Under the pieces are notes generated by a model. It was not told where the DNA came from and did not search any database. It was given only the letters and a program-made list of their open reading frames with translations. From contig OX597824.1 in assembly GCA_951406725.2 (NCBI GenBank), positions 60,574,001-60,638,000 on the forward strand: a DNA stretch of 64,000 bases, written 5' to 3'. Positions 37,576-50,694 of the stretch are shown here, in pieces (the first letter of the stretch is position 1; every line of letters begins with the position of its first letter). Made by a program: the position numbers and the translations under genes. This stretch comes from Octopus vulgaris. Lineage: Eukaryota.

Positions 37576-39509
37576 ACATTAGAAGGATTAAAAATATTAC
37601 ATATTCGTAACTATAATTTTAAAAGTTAAATAAATAGTAACAATAATGATAATAATCGATTGTTTAACTATAATTTTTAGAATGCAACTGGGTAACTTAT
37701 TTATTAATTTTTATTAATTTATTGATTTTTAGGTGATTAATTACTTTACTGACATTGATCTATCATAAGTAATAAGGTAAATTGCGATCAAAGTGTTTAG
37801 CTCCTGTTAATGTAATCGTATCATTTAAACTGACTAAAGGATACTCTTGCTTTGTTTTTCAGCACGTTACATGCGCACGCGCACATATGTATTAAGCAAA
37901 TTTGCATATACACATACATTGATAACAGTCTTTTAAATGTATTTGTTCTAAAATGCACATATCTGAGTCGATCAAGGATCAACTAACACATTGAGTGCAT
38001 CTCCTTTTTTATCGAATTCTTCCCCAGAAGAAATACATAATGACGATATTCAATATGAAAATTTAATTTAATTTCATTTCATTTAATTCCTCAAATTAAA
38101 TTAATTGGGCATAGAAACAGCTGCAGGAGTAAAGAATTAGATATTGTACAGAATTGATTATGTTCTAATTAATTGATGTCTATACTTCAATTTGTCCGTT
38201 TTCTCCTTCAATTACTTAAATGCTATATATATATATATGTTGGGTCATCCCATAAATAATGCGGTTTTTCAATTGTATGAACTAAAAGTCGGAGGGGGAC
38301 GGGATAAACTACCTGCATCAACTGATACTCTTTATCTACTCTTTATCTACCATTTATGGATTCTCGTTGGGATATCTACCCTCCGGCTGCACCTCTCCTA
38401 CATACAGATCACAGTGGACTCTACTCTTGATGAGAAATTCTTGCAATACACCACGACGTCAAAAAACCTTTGAACTTTACGTAAAACTGCTGCTATTATT
38501 GTCATTACTTTATTTTTATATTTATTTTTATACTTTCTAAACTTTCCTGTATTTTTTGGTCTTTCCTTCTGTCGTCTCTTCCTGCTCTGGATGTCCTTAC
38601 TCTGTTTTCTCTAGTTTTGCCTCCTTCTCCCTCCGTTTCTTTTCTCTCCTCATCTTCTCTTCTCCCTTTCTCCTCACATTCTATTTGTTCCATCTTCATC
38701 GCTTTTATTTTCTTTTATTTTCTTCTCCCACCTTGCATATATTTTCTTCTCCTCACGCCCTTTTCTTCTTCTTATTCTTTTATTTATTTATTTTTAAAAT
38801 CTTTTTATCATTATTTTTTAAAACTTTATTTTATTATTTTTTAAATTTAATTTTAATTTAATTTAATTTTATTTTAATTTTTTCTTCAAACGCGTGTGCT
38901 TCTTTCTCCCCACACCCTTTGTATGTTTCCTTTCCACGTTTAATTTCCTTCCCGCAAGATTTTTTCTCGCCTTGTTATTCCACCATGCCGGACTATAAAT
39001 CCTATCTCCTCACTCTTCACCATCGTCTAAAACAGAGGTGGGCGAACTTTTTTGATCGCGGGCCGCACAGTGCGTCTTTGGAACCTTGGCGGGCCTTATT
39101 TATAAAAATCAAGTGAAAATATTTTTAAAGGCGGTTATTGATTGAAAGGAAATTTTGTGAAATATTCCTGGTTTAAGTGCTTTAATTTATTTTTTAGAGT
39201 ATCGGGTTCATGTTTTTCGGTTATTTGCTCTTATAGTTGAAATTATTACAGGGACCTCGGTTATTTTGGACAGCCTGTTATTGCTTACAAATTGCCAGGA
39301 ACGGAATTTTCCTAGTAAAATCTGCACTAATTGTGGACAACCACCTCTTAATATTATGGGCAACCATGATGAATATTATACTTAAATTCTAGGATACCCA
39401 AAATAAAAGATTTTAAAGAGAAATAACAGTTTATTAATATGAATTGATATCTGAAATTAGAAACGTCACCTGAAGCATTTATTTGAAAAACAAAGCGGCT
39501 CTGTAAATA

Positions 39510-41329
39510 ACAATGTCAATGAGAATGATGCAGCTGACTACTGTCATTTACCAGTTTGTCAAAATTAGGTGTCAAGTTGCTTGTGCTGATTCTTAACACT
39601 GACTGAAGATTTGAGTCTGTGAGAAGTGATCGATTCTTCCCTTGTTAATTTTCATGATGGAGAAAGTCTGCTCACATATGTAAGTTGATGCAAACAACAC
39701 AAATATCTTTCTTGCAAACTTTTTTAGATTTTGAAACTTTTTTGAATGTAGAGAAGCATAAAACTCGACCAGTGGTTTACTTTCAAACATCATCTTTAAA
39801 GAATTGTCGGCTTGCAAATGAATCAGTTCTATCTGCAGTTCCTCGGTAGTTGTTTCAATGTCACAGGCAAGAGGTGAGTTAAGCAAATCGAACAGGCCTT
39901 CAACTGCCTTGAAATCAGCAAATCTAATGAATTCCTTTTGTAAAGCCATCAACTGGGAACTGTACTTGTCCGATGATTCTTGTGTAACAGACTGTGTTTT
40001 CAGCAGAGGGAAGTGAATAAATTTTTGCTCATTCAGCTGCTTGGCAAAAAGTTCAAGCTTCCATTGAAAAGCTTTCACTTCCAGGTACAATTCATGAGCA
40101 AATATACCTTTGCTTTACAGTTTTGTGTTAAGTTCATTCAGCTTCTGCATTATGTCCACAGCAAATGCAAAATCACAAACCCATTCGTCACTCTCCATTT
40201 CGTTTAAAAAGTCACAGGAGATGTCTTGCATTTTGAGAAACATAAGAATCTCTGCTTTGAGGTCCCATACTCTCTTAAGAACTTTTCCAATGCTTAACCA
40301 GTGGACATTTGTGTAGTACAGCACATCAGTAAAATCAGCCTCCACATCCTCCAAGAAACTTCGGAATTGCCTGTGTTTCAATCCCCGTGATCTTATTAAA
40401 TTCACTGCACGCACCACAGGTTCGATGACATGTTTGAGTTTTAAAGATGACTTACAAAGGCTTTCTTGATGTATGATGCAGTGAAAAGACAACACACTGT
40501 GTAGTGGAAAATCTTTGATTTTGTCATTCAACAACTTCACAAGGCCGGAATGTTTACTGGTGAGTGAAGGAGCTCCATCGGTTGTAATGCTGGCCAGTTT
40601 ATTTAGGGTTAATCCGGACCTGATTGAACTGTTAATGACACTGTTGAACAAATCTTTTCCAGTAGTAGTGTCTTTGAGAGACTCCATAGATAACAATTCC
40701 TCTGTAATTTCAAAGTTTTCGTCAATTCCTCTGATGTAAATGAGTAACTGAGCAGTATCCTGAATATCAGTACTCTCATCTAAAGCAATAGAAAACCACT
40801 GAAATCGACCACTGGCTGTTAACAGCTGTTCATGAATATTCACGGCAATTGCATCAATGCGACGAACAATAGTTCTTCGTGACAGGGAAATGGCTTCCAC
40901 TTTTGACTTAACTTCAGGACAAACAACGCTGACAGCATCAACCATATCATCTTTGATAAATTCTGCTTCTGCGAATGACTTGTTTTGCTTTGCAATTTTG
41001 TTGACCAATATAAAACTTGCCTTTGCCGCGTTCCTTTGTAAAGAGGAAGTTTTATCAAACACATTTTGCTGTTGCTTCAAACGTTTTGTCAGATCATTTG
41101 CTTTCTTTTGCAGTTCTTGTTTTGATAAATTGTGCCCAAAATTGGCGTGCTTCGTTTGAAAGTGGCGTTTCAAATTATATTCCTTGAACACAGCAACTGT
41201 TTCAGAACAAATCAAACATGCAGCTTTCACTCCAACGTCGGTAAAGAAATACTTTTCAGTCCAATTTTCATTAAAAACACGACATTCCTCTTACATTTTT
41301 CGCTTTTTAGATAGCTTCGAACAACTCAT
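39510..41329 (-). pseudogene. GTF2IRD2/SPIN-like hAT transposase with a few stops and frameshifts
   Basis: BED finger CLIC..NLKRH..KH, SIALDESTD, TTDGAPS, HCIIHQE, F.STYICEQTFS; in-frame stop after MSCSKLSKKRKM and at 40115. Confidence 0.92.
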
Positions 41330-41615
41330 TTTGGGTAAATTTTATCAGACAACAAAAGCTAGTTTGAAACACTCGTGTCTGTACTAAATCCAAATAATCG
41401 ATAGATTGAATGATAACCAACCACAGCTCTGTGTCCAGAAAAAGCTCGTTCAAGCCCTTTTATTAACCTGGCCGGCTTCTTCATTGGAACGAAACGCATC
41501 GTCCATCATGCCCTCTTCACCATCTATCACGTGATTTATTTATTTGAATGTTTCAAGCATATCGATTGACTTGTTGTATTGCCACAATACTTGTTTCATT
41601 GTTTTTGAGTTTGTA

Positions 41616-41651
41616 GGGTCTGACGAGAAAACAGAAAAGATATCTTCACCC
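41616..41651 (+). ncRNA. Minimal hammerhead-like motif inside the hAT subterminal region
   Basis: GGGT-CTGACGA-GAAAACA-GAAA-AGATATCT-TC-ACCC; helix II essentially absent. Confidence 0.55.
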
Positions 41652-42265
41652 GGAAATGTGTTTTATTATGATGTCATGGGAATATTTCTCGAAATTTTTC
41701 ATCGCTTCACAGTAGCTGAAACAAACAAACAGCGGACAATTTTGTGAAGGCGCGAAACAGTGAACTGAAATAAAATGCAAACTATTGTGAATTACCGTAC
41801 AACTGAAACAGTTACGAAGTATCTGCATAGAAGTTGGGATTCATAAAAGCTCTCGGCGGGCCGCATGAAAACTAATGGCGGGCCGTAGTTTGCCCACCCC
41901 TGGTCTAAAACATACCTCTGCTTATTTCTTTCCCATTGCTTTCAGCCGTCCATTAACCTCTCTTTACTCATTTTCAAAACAAAACCCGCTTCGCCAGCCA
42001 CGTCTCATTTCTCAGTCGCTGCTTACATCACCGCCTCATCCCTAAAAGTTTCCGCCTCTATTTCCACCCCACTCTCCACTCTGCTTTATCCATTCTACCC
42101 ATATTCCGTACCACATCTTACCGCCTTATGCGTGCCACCATTCGCTCCAATCTCTCTAAAATACATAACATCGACTGCCTTCTACCTCCTGCTTTTTCCA
42201 TCTTTTTCTCCTCTCTGCCGCCCTTGCATGCTCACAACACATTTATATACATATATACATATATA

Positions 42266-42430
42266 GGCGCAAGAGTGATTGTGTGGCAAATAGCTTGCTT
42301 ACCAACCATATGCTTCCAGTTCACTTCCATTGCGTGGCACCTTGGGCAAGTGTCTTCTACTATAGCCTCGGGCCCACCAAAGCTTTGTGAGTGGGTTTTG
42401 CAGATGGAAATTAAAAGAAACACGTTGTAT
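42266..42430 (+). mobile_element. SINE family A, 5' half
   Basis: Head and core match. Confidence 0.8.
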
Positions 42431-42432
42431 AT

Positions 42433-42521
<89 letters not shown>

Positions 42522-42558
42522 AAAAAGAAGATGTGGAACACGAGTTGTGATATATAAA

Positions 42559-42876
42559 AAAAGGAAATGAAGAAAATGCTGACAAAATAATTTAAGTAAG
42601 GAAGAGTGTATTTAATTAGGTGAAAGTTCTTTTTACCGGTTGCGCATTTGTTATGCTTATCAAAAGATATTTTTTAAAGAGAGATAGAGTTCCTTTCTGA
42701 TAGATTTTTTCTCTTATCAGATAAAGAGAAAAAAATCTATCAGAAAGGAACTCTATCTCTCTTAAAAAATATCTTTTGATAAGCATAACAAATGCGCAAC
42801 CGGTAAAAAAGAACTTTCACCTAATTAAATACACTCTTCCTTACTTAAATTATTTTGTCAGCATTTTCTTCATTTC

Positions 42877-42881
<5 letters not shown>
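42559..42881. repeat. Near-perfect ~320-bp palindrome carrying an HHR-like motif in each arm
   Basis: Arms of ~160 bp centred at ~42719. Confidence 0.92.
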
Positions 42882-42917
<36 letters not shown>

Positions 42918-42922
42918 TTATG

Positions 42923-42979
<57 letters not shown>

Positions 42980-42997
42980 TTATATATATATAATACA

Positions 42998-43088
<91 letters not shown>

Positions 43089-43246
43089 TAATCAACGGAC
43101 ATACTAAGTATGTCTACCTGCTGAAATAACAGTCAAAAGTATTATATAAATCGCCGAAAAGAACACAGAAAATAACTACAGAAATCAACCGTCTGCGAGC
43201 AAACGGCCCAGGACAATCTCTCAACATACATTCAAGTATTTGGACT

Positions 43247-43299
43247 CACGTGGACCGGTTTCTGTACTGGCATTATAGCCTTACCTTCCTCAGCACGTG
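43247..43299 (-). ncRNA. Type I hammerhead, intact core
   Basis: Minus CACGTG-CTGAGGA-AG-GTA-A-GGC-TATAAT-GCC-AG-TAC-A-GAAA-CCGG-TC-CACGTG. Confidence 0.8.
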
Positions 43300-44079
43300 T
43301 TACCATTATAAAAGCCCCAACTCGTCACGTTGAAGTCTGCACTGCAACTGATTTGCTTTGCTCCAAATCATAGCAGTCACCAGTGTGAAAATAATTTCAA
43401 TACGGAGAAAATAATTCAGGAGAAAATATTTGCGAAGATATTATTGACTCTGTTATTATCTAGTGTAACAATTAAAAATGATAATAACAGAATCAATAAT
43501 GTAGGCATATCCTTGGATGAGCACATTATAGTACGTAATATCCGTGGGCATCCGGTTGATCATCATCATTGATTCATTTCATCAGGTGATACTGTATTAG
43601 TGGATGAATCACAGAGGGATCTTTAACCCTTCTTGCCAGTATGAAGGCCAGTCTAGCTATGTGGGTATTTGTGTGTGTACTATATTTCTGTGTGCTTGTT
43701 AGGAGGAAGCTAGGTGATGGGAGTTGAGGAAGGACTGGTAGTAATATGGGGATGGAAATGTGTGTGTTGGTGTTGGATTTATTTATTATTCATTCTGCAG
43801 ATTTTAAGGATAGTCATACATTCAGCAGATTTAAGGATGATAGTACATTTCTTTGTTCTATTTTATTCATAACGTGACTCTCCTCAATAAATTCTGAACC
43901 CAGATTTTGGCCAGCTGCTACATAGTGAGGTTTGTTGACCGAACTGATTAAAACTTTTTCTCTGATTCTGATATTATAGTGGTATCATCTTAAACATTGT
44001 TAATTTATTTGCTTGGTTTCCGTTCTATATAGAGTAAATATAATGAATAAGGAACTCAAAAATACATGTGCATATAAAT

Positions 44080-44708
44080 TGAGAATATAATCATTAAAAT
44101 GATTATACCAGTGGCTTGCGTATGAGAACCACCACATCGATAAAATTAATATTTAAGTATAATTATAAATATATAATCATAGTTAAGGGCGCTGGGGGGA
44201 CAACACCAAATACGCTAGGAGTAGATGTCAAATGTGTACAAACTACTCTAAATTATATTTGATCCGGCACTATTCTGACAATAACCACATGACTGAGATG
44301 GGCGATTAGATATAATGTATACGTGGGAAATGTATGTATATATTGATATTTGTACGCAAGTATTTATCGGTATGTATATATATTTTTCACTTATAAATTG
44401 TCGGTATATTTCTACTGAAGAGTGAAAGTAATTCTTATTACAAAACACGAAATCTTAAGATACAGAGTTGTCCGAAATTTTATAAATATTCTTGTTCATA
44501 TCCTCACATTCAGACTTGTGCAAAAAGAACAAATTTAGAGTGGTTTGTAGACATTTGACATCTCCTTCAAGCGTATTGGCGTTGGCCCTCCAACGCTTTT
44601 AATTATAATTATATTTTTATAATTATATACTTAGATATTAATTTTACCAATATAGTGGTTTTTATACGCTGGCCACTGGTATAATCATTTTAAAGATTAT
44701 ATTCTCAA
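44080..44708. repeat. Diverged ~175-bp inverted repeat flanking an HHR (PLE pLTR-type inversion)
   Basis: 44080-44254 is the reverse complement of 44532-44708. Confidence 0.85.
44410..44467 (+). ncRNA. Type I hammerhead, intact core
   Basis: TTCTA-CTGAAGA-GTG..GTAAT-TCTT-ATTAC..CAC-GAAA-TCTTAAGA-TA-CAGAG; mismatch at the first helix I pair. Confidence 0.78.
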
Positions 44709-44861
44709 AAAATAGTAACATAGTTCTGGATAGAATAGTCACCTTGTATTGGCAAATGAACTTTACTGTTCAGTATCGTTACTACTCATATCTCATTTAT
44801 AAATTTTAAAACTAGCCATTTTGCTTGTTAAACACACACACACACACATACACACACACAC

Positions 44862-44945
<84 letters not shown>

Positions 44946-45103
44946 ACACACACACGTACCAGCAAAGGCATCTAGCGTTGCCCGAGAATGAAATTGTTCT
45001 TTATATATCGGAAGAAAAAAGCAAAATATGTTGTATAGAAATTTGCTATTCTAAATTCAATTTATTGTTCAATTAGGAAATCAATTCTTAATTCATAACA
45101 CAG

Positions 45104-45117
45104 TAATAATAATAATG

Positions 45118-45190
<73 letters not shown>

Positions 45191-45210
45191 TGATGGTGAT
45201 GATGATGATG

Positions 45211-45278
<68 letters not shown>
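45104..45278. repeat. (TAA)n/(TGA)n microsatellite
   Basis: Direct reading. Confidence 0.95.
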
Positions 45279-45279
<1 letters not shown>

Positions 45280-45529
45280 TGCTGCAGCTGCTAATACTAA
45301 ATACTACTAACACTGCAATAATACTACAACCACTACTATTATGATAGCACAGGAATCTAAGGCCCAACTACCACCCTTACCACTACCCCCATCCCTGCTA
45401 CTGTTGCTGTTGCTGCAACCACTGCTGCTACTACACATAAAAACAATAATATCAGTGATATCATTGATGATAATAATAATAAAAATGATGAAAGGAAACA
45501 GGTGGAGCCTCCTCCTCTTCCTCATGGGC

Positions 45530-48500
45530 TGATAATGATACATCTAGTGATGGTGTCAATAAAAACACTGGTAATTGCGCAACCTGACAATCGCTACCTC
45601 ATATGAGTGACAACGAAAAAACAAAATATTGTGAATACCGGTGGTAATGAATCTGAAGCCAATGATGGTGACAGTGTTACACCCGGTAGGCTAAGAGATT
45701 CTGGTCCGGCTCCAGCCTGTCGATATCCAGAAAGAGACCACCACACACGGCGTAGATGGAGCAAACAAATTAATGCTGTGGTCATGGAGAGTTACTACCT
45801 GAGCAGCCAGGCAGATGAAAATGGTGCTCATATTAGGGGTTACCGACAACGTATGTATGATCATTGGAGAGAAAAGGGATTGTTTCAGCTCACGGAACAG
45901 AGACTATGTGGTCAAGCTAGAGCAATAAGAAAAACTGTTGGTTCACAGAAGTAGAGCTCGAAGCTATCAAAACACGGATCATGGAAAATAGCAGCAGAGA
46001 TAACAATGAAAATACACTTCTTAATAATAAGAGTAATCTCATAGCACAGGAAGTGAGCAGTGGTAGTTTACTTGATGAGAGACATGCAGTTGATCTAAAA
46101 GAAGACAATCAAACTAATGGCGACATGACAGATGAACAAAAGGCAATCTACGACAGAATAAAGGTAAGACTACAGGAGAACGATAGCGACATTATTTGCA
46201 ACCTTAAAAAGGTTGATAGATGGAAATTGAACCAAGAAACGAAAAATGTCAATGAAATTCTGAAATACATCAGAACATACAACATCACAGAAACGAGTAA
46301 CTTTATCAAGGCAGCAAGTATTGTTGTAACAGAAAACGCATGTTTTGATGTCAAGATAAAGAAACAATGGGAGAGACAAAAGAAAAAATCCATGGCGGAA
46401 AAGAAGAATCCAGGCAAGTTTAGACATGCTCTCAAAGGAAATCACTATGTTAGACGGAAAAGAGAAAGGGGAGCTTAAAAGCGAACAAAGATACAAAAAT
46501 GGAGAGTGTACAGATAAAAAGTTGATACCTGATAACACTGAAAGTCAAAGGTTTTGGAGTGACATCTGGAGCAAAGACAAGGAGCACAAGAAGGATGCTC
46601 AATGGTTGCAAGAACTGAAACAAACAGTAGTCTGTCCAGAACAAACAGAACAGGCAGAACAGTTAGGGAAGTGAAGGAAATCAGCAAAAAAAACGAGCAA
46701 TTGGAAGGCCCCGGGACCAGATGTAGTTCAAGGCTACTGGATCAAAAGATTTGGTGAATGTCATGCACGAATAGCTGCGCAACTCAACACCTTGTTAAAC
46801 GCCGGCCAAGTAACACCAGAGTGGTTGACATTGGGTAGGACAGTGCTGTGCTTGAAAAAAGGCAATACGGTAGACAACTACAGGCCGATATCCTGTTTGT
46901 ACTTAGAGACCGCAAGAGGAGGAAAAGTAACTTAGCTATGTCATGGATCCAATATCGTAAGGCATACGATATGATCCCACATTCTTGGATTATGGAATGT
47001 ATGAACCTATTTGGTATTGCATCGAATGTTGAGCAATTGCTTGGAAAAAATATGGTGAATCGGAAGACTGACCCGACAGCATACGGAATAAGTTTAGGGA
47101 CAATAGAAATTAGGAGGGGCATCTTCTAAGGGGACTGCATGTCCCCACTGATCTTTGTACTGTGCTTAATGCCACTAATACTGATTCTGAGGAAACCAAA
47201 TGCTGGGTATGTATTCAAAAGCCGCCAACGAAAAGTCAACCATTTGTTATTCATAGGTGACCTCAAACTTTATGGTAAAGATGAAACCCAAGTCAGTTCC
47301 CTCGTTGATATGGTGTATACCTTCAGTTCTAATATCAGAATGGAGTACGGACTGAGAAAGTGTGGTGTGTTAGTCTTGAAGAGAGGCAAAATCAAATGCA
47401 TGGACGGGCTAATGATACCGTCGGGGAGGTTATGAAGCAGATAAAAGAGACGGGTTATAAGTACTTTGAGATATTGGAAATGGATAAATTCATGGAGAAA
47501 GAAATGACAGAAAAATTTAAGGTGGAGTACTTACGCAGACTGAGACTGATCCTGAAGTCGAAATTAAACGGACGGAATAAGATCGAATCTATCAACACCT
47601 GGGCGGTTTCACTCCTTAGATATGGAGCAGGGGTAATCGCATGGACAGTAGACGAACTAAACAGCTTAGACAGAAAGACAAGGAAGCTGCTAACTAGAAA
47701 TGGGTCACTCCACCCAAAAAGTGTGACACAGACAGACTGTATGTACCAAGAAAAAGAGGGGGAAGAGGACTGATTGGATGCAAACACAGCATTAGAACAG
47801 AAGAAAACAACACAGCATGGTATGCAAAAAATGCCACGGAACCGCTATTGTTAGAAGTAAGAAGGTCAGGCTTGTGTAGGATGAAAGATTGCAAAGATAA
47901 AGCACTATACAAGAAATTGAAAACGAATGAAACTTAAAATAGGTGGGTAAAGAAAAGAATGCATGGTCAATTTCATAGGGATATTGAAGATAAGACAGAC
48001 AGAGAAAAAAGATGGTTGTGGATGACTAAAAGAGATTTAAAACCGGAAACGGAGTCTCTAATCTGTGCTACATAAAACTACATAAAATTCAGAATAGACA
48101 ACACAGCAGAAAGTAATAAGTGCAGAATCTGTGGACAAAACGGTGAAACCGTATAGCATATCACCAGCCAATGTACGCCACTAGCCCAGAAGGAATATAA
48201 GAGACGCCACGACAATATAGCCAGGCTTGTGCATTGGACACTTTGCAACAAGTATGGACTTGACAGAAAAAAAGTGTTACGATCGTAAACCCGAAGGCAT
48301 AATCGAAAATGATAATGAAAAGATCCGATGGGATTTTATGATTCAGTGCGACTATGAGATAGAGAATAGGAAGCCGGACATAGTCTTCACTGAGGAAGAA
48401 AACAAACTATGCTGGATCATAGATATAGCATGCCCAGCTAACAACAAGGTATGCGATAAGGAAGGAAGAAAAGTCGAGAGATATGACAGGTTAGCTTAGG

Positions 48501-48765
48501 AAGTTAAGCAGCTTTGGTCGATGAAAAAGGTAGCAGTAGTACCAATAATTTCCGGAGCCCTAGGAACAGTGAACAAAAATGTCGAGAAGTACGTGGAACA
48601 AATAGTGGCTGCAATAAGGGTGGAGCACTTGCAGAAAACAGCACTGGTTGGAACCGCTCAAATACACCGGAAGGGGCTCGAAAAATAGGAGGTGTTACCT
48701 CAGTTCACTGGTAGTGAACAACTGACACTGTAATACATCTCCAGTGTTAGAACCTGTGCAAAGGC
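45530..48765 (+). mobile_element. R4/Dong-like RLE non-LTR retrotransposon, near full-length, decayed
   Basis: N-terminus RRRWS..YYLS..GYRQRM..EQRL; RT KAPGPD, KAYDMIPHSW, RGIF*GD.MSPLIF, NHLLFIGDLKL; C-terminus CRICG..ET..HI..C, RRHDN, RKPDI..IIDIACP; (AAT)n tail. Confidence 0.9.
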
Positions 48766-48814
<49 letters not shown>

Positions 48815-48816
<2 letters not shown>

Positions 48817-50620
48817 CTGCTCAAAACTGCTCAATGACGCGCAGTACGGATATAAAATGTTTGATAAAAATATAAATCATCTCATTTGCATGGATGATTT
48901 AAAGCTCTTTGCAAAAAATGACCAACAACTCCAGGGCTTACTAGCGATTGTCAAACAATTCAGTGATGACATCAGAATGCAATTTGACCTCGATAAGTGT
49001 GCAAAAGCTACCTTTATCAAAGGAAAAATGACAGAAACATCCAACGTTAACCTTGACCAGCAGAATGTCATAAAAGAATTAGACCCAGCGGAGAACTACA
49101 AATATCTAGGGGTAATTGAAGGATACGGAATAAGACATTCAGAGATGAAGGAAAGGATCAGGAGAGAATGTTATCGCAGAGTAAGAGCAATACTCAAGAT
49201 AGAGCTGAATGCGAGAAACAGGATCGAAGCGATCAATGCATTAGCCATACCAGTCGTTACTTACAGTTTCAACGTCGTTAACTGGTCAATTACTGAAATA
49301 TGTAATCTTGACAGAAAAATACGAAAACTGTTGACAATGCATAGAATGCACCACCCTAAGGCAGATACAGAACGACTTTATCTGCCAAGAAAAGAGGAGG
49401 CCGTGGACTTTTACAACTGGCAATAACAATGAAGATTGCTACAATTGGCCTAGACACCTACCTGAAAAACTCTGAGGACTGGATGTTAAAACTTGTCTCA
49501 AAACATGAAAACAAGAAAGCATCATACTCAGTAACAAAACAGGCAAAGGAATATCTAAGTGAATTCCGAATACAACAAATTTCGGAATTAGAGATAGACA
49601 TACAAGAAACAGGCACAGAAAAAGCTAAGCGCATGAAAACCCGTGTTAAATCTGCGACCTTAGATATTCTGAATGATAAATGGCAAGAAAAACCTCTCTA
49701 TGGCAAATACCCAAAGAGAGCGAATGATGCAGATGTTGACAAAGCCCTGACCCATCAATGGCTAATGGCCTCTGGCTTAAAATCTGAAACAGAGGGGTTT
49801 ATCATAGCAGCTCAAGATCAATGCCTACCAACAAGAAACTACCAGGCCAACATATTAAAGATCGGCAGTAGTCCAACGTGTCGTGTATGCCAGCAACAAA
49901 ATGAAACCATTGATCATGTGGTCTCCAAGTGCAGTCTTCTAGCGCCTACAGAGTATCTCAACAGGCATGATAGAGCTGCACAATATATTCACTGGGTAAT
50001 CTGCAAAAACCTGGATTTGCCCCATGAAAAAAACTAGTGGGAACACAAACCACCCCTAGTGCTTGAAAATGACCACATCTCACTCCTCTGGAACTTCACC
50101 ATTCAAACTGACAGAAAGATAGATGCAAATAGGCCAGACATCATATTGAAAGACTTCAAACAAAGAACATGCATCCTCATTGATATGACTGTCCCAATTG
50201 ATATAAACGTATCTGTCAAGACCTACCAAAAACTGAGCAAATATAAAGATCTTGAAATAGAAATCAGCAAAATGTGGAACCTGAAGATTAAAACAATACC
50301 TGTTGTCATAGGTGCCCTGGGAATAATAGCGAAAGGGGCTGATTGCTACCTAACTCAGATACCAGGAAACCCCCAAATGGCAGAAATTCAAAAGATAGTG
50401 CTCATGGGAACTGTTCATATCCTACGCAAAATACTTTCTATGTAATCTCAAGGTTTAAAACAAACATTTTTTTTAGACATCCACCAGTACAACACAACCC
50501 CCGCCCCAAATATATGGCACACTAGGTATAACAACAACGTGAACTTCCAACCTGTTGTCTCTTGAGGTCTCCGGGTGAGACTTGGAGCCAACTTGTACAA
50601 ATATAAAGCAAAAGTCAAAC

Positions 50621-50621
<1 letters not shown>
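48815..50621 (+). mobile_element. Second R4/Dong-like LINE, 5'-truncated, different subfamily
   Basis: NHLICMDDLKL, YKYLG, CRVCQQQNETIDHVVSKC, RHD, NRPDI..LIDMTVP..KYKDL; flanked by (AAT)n. Confidence 0.92.

Positions 50622-50694
<73 letters not shown>

Larger units (their letters stand above)
39033..41902 (-). mobile_element. Full-length hAT (Charlie/SPIN-like) DNA transposon, 2870 bp
   Basis: TIRs CAGAGGTGGGCGAACT and AGTTTGCCCACCCCTG; perfect 8-bp TSD GTCTAAAA at 39025-39032 and 41903-41910. Confidence 0.95.
38980..42235 (+). mobile_element. PLE N-terminal ORF fragment split by the hAT insertion
   Basis: Rejoined across the TSD: MPDYKSYLLTLHHRLK|H.. then RFASHVSFLSRCLHHRLIPKSFRL (H..FL.RC....IPK motif of PLE N-termini). 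Confidence 0.6.

Noticed and set aside
45500-45600. HDV-like ribozyme at the LINE 5' end (CTCTTCCTCATGGG resembles P3/L3)
   Set aside because: Could not find P1 and P2 partners by hand
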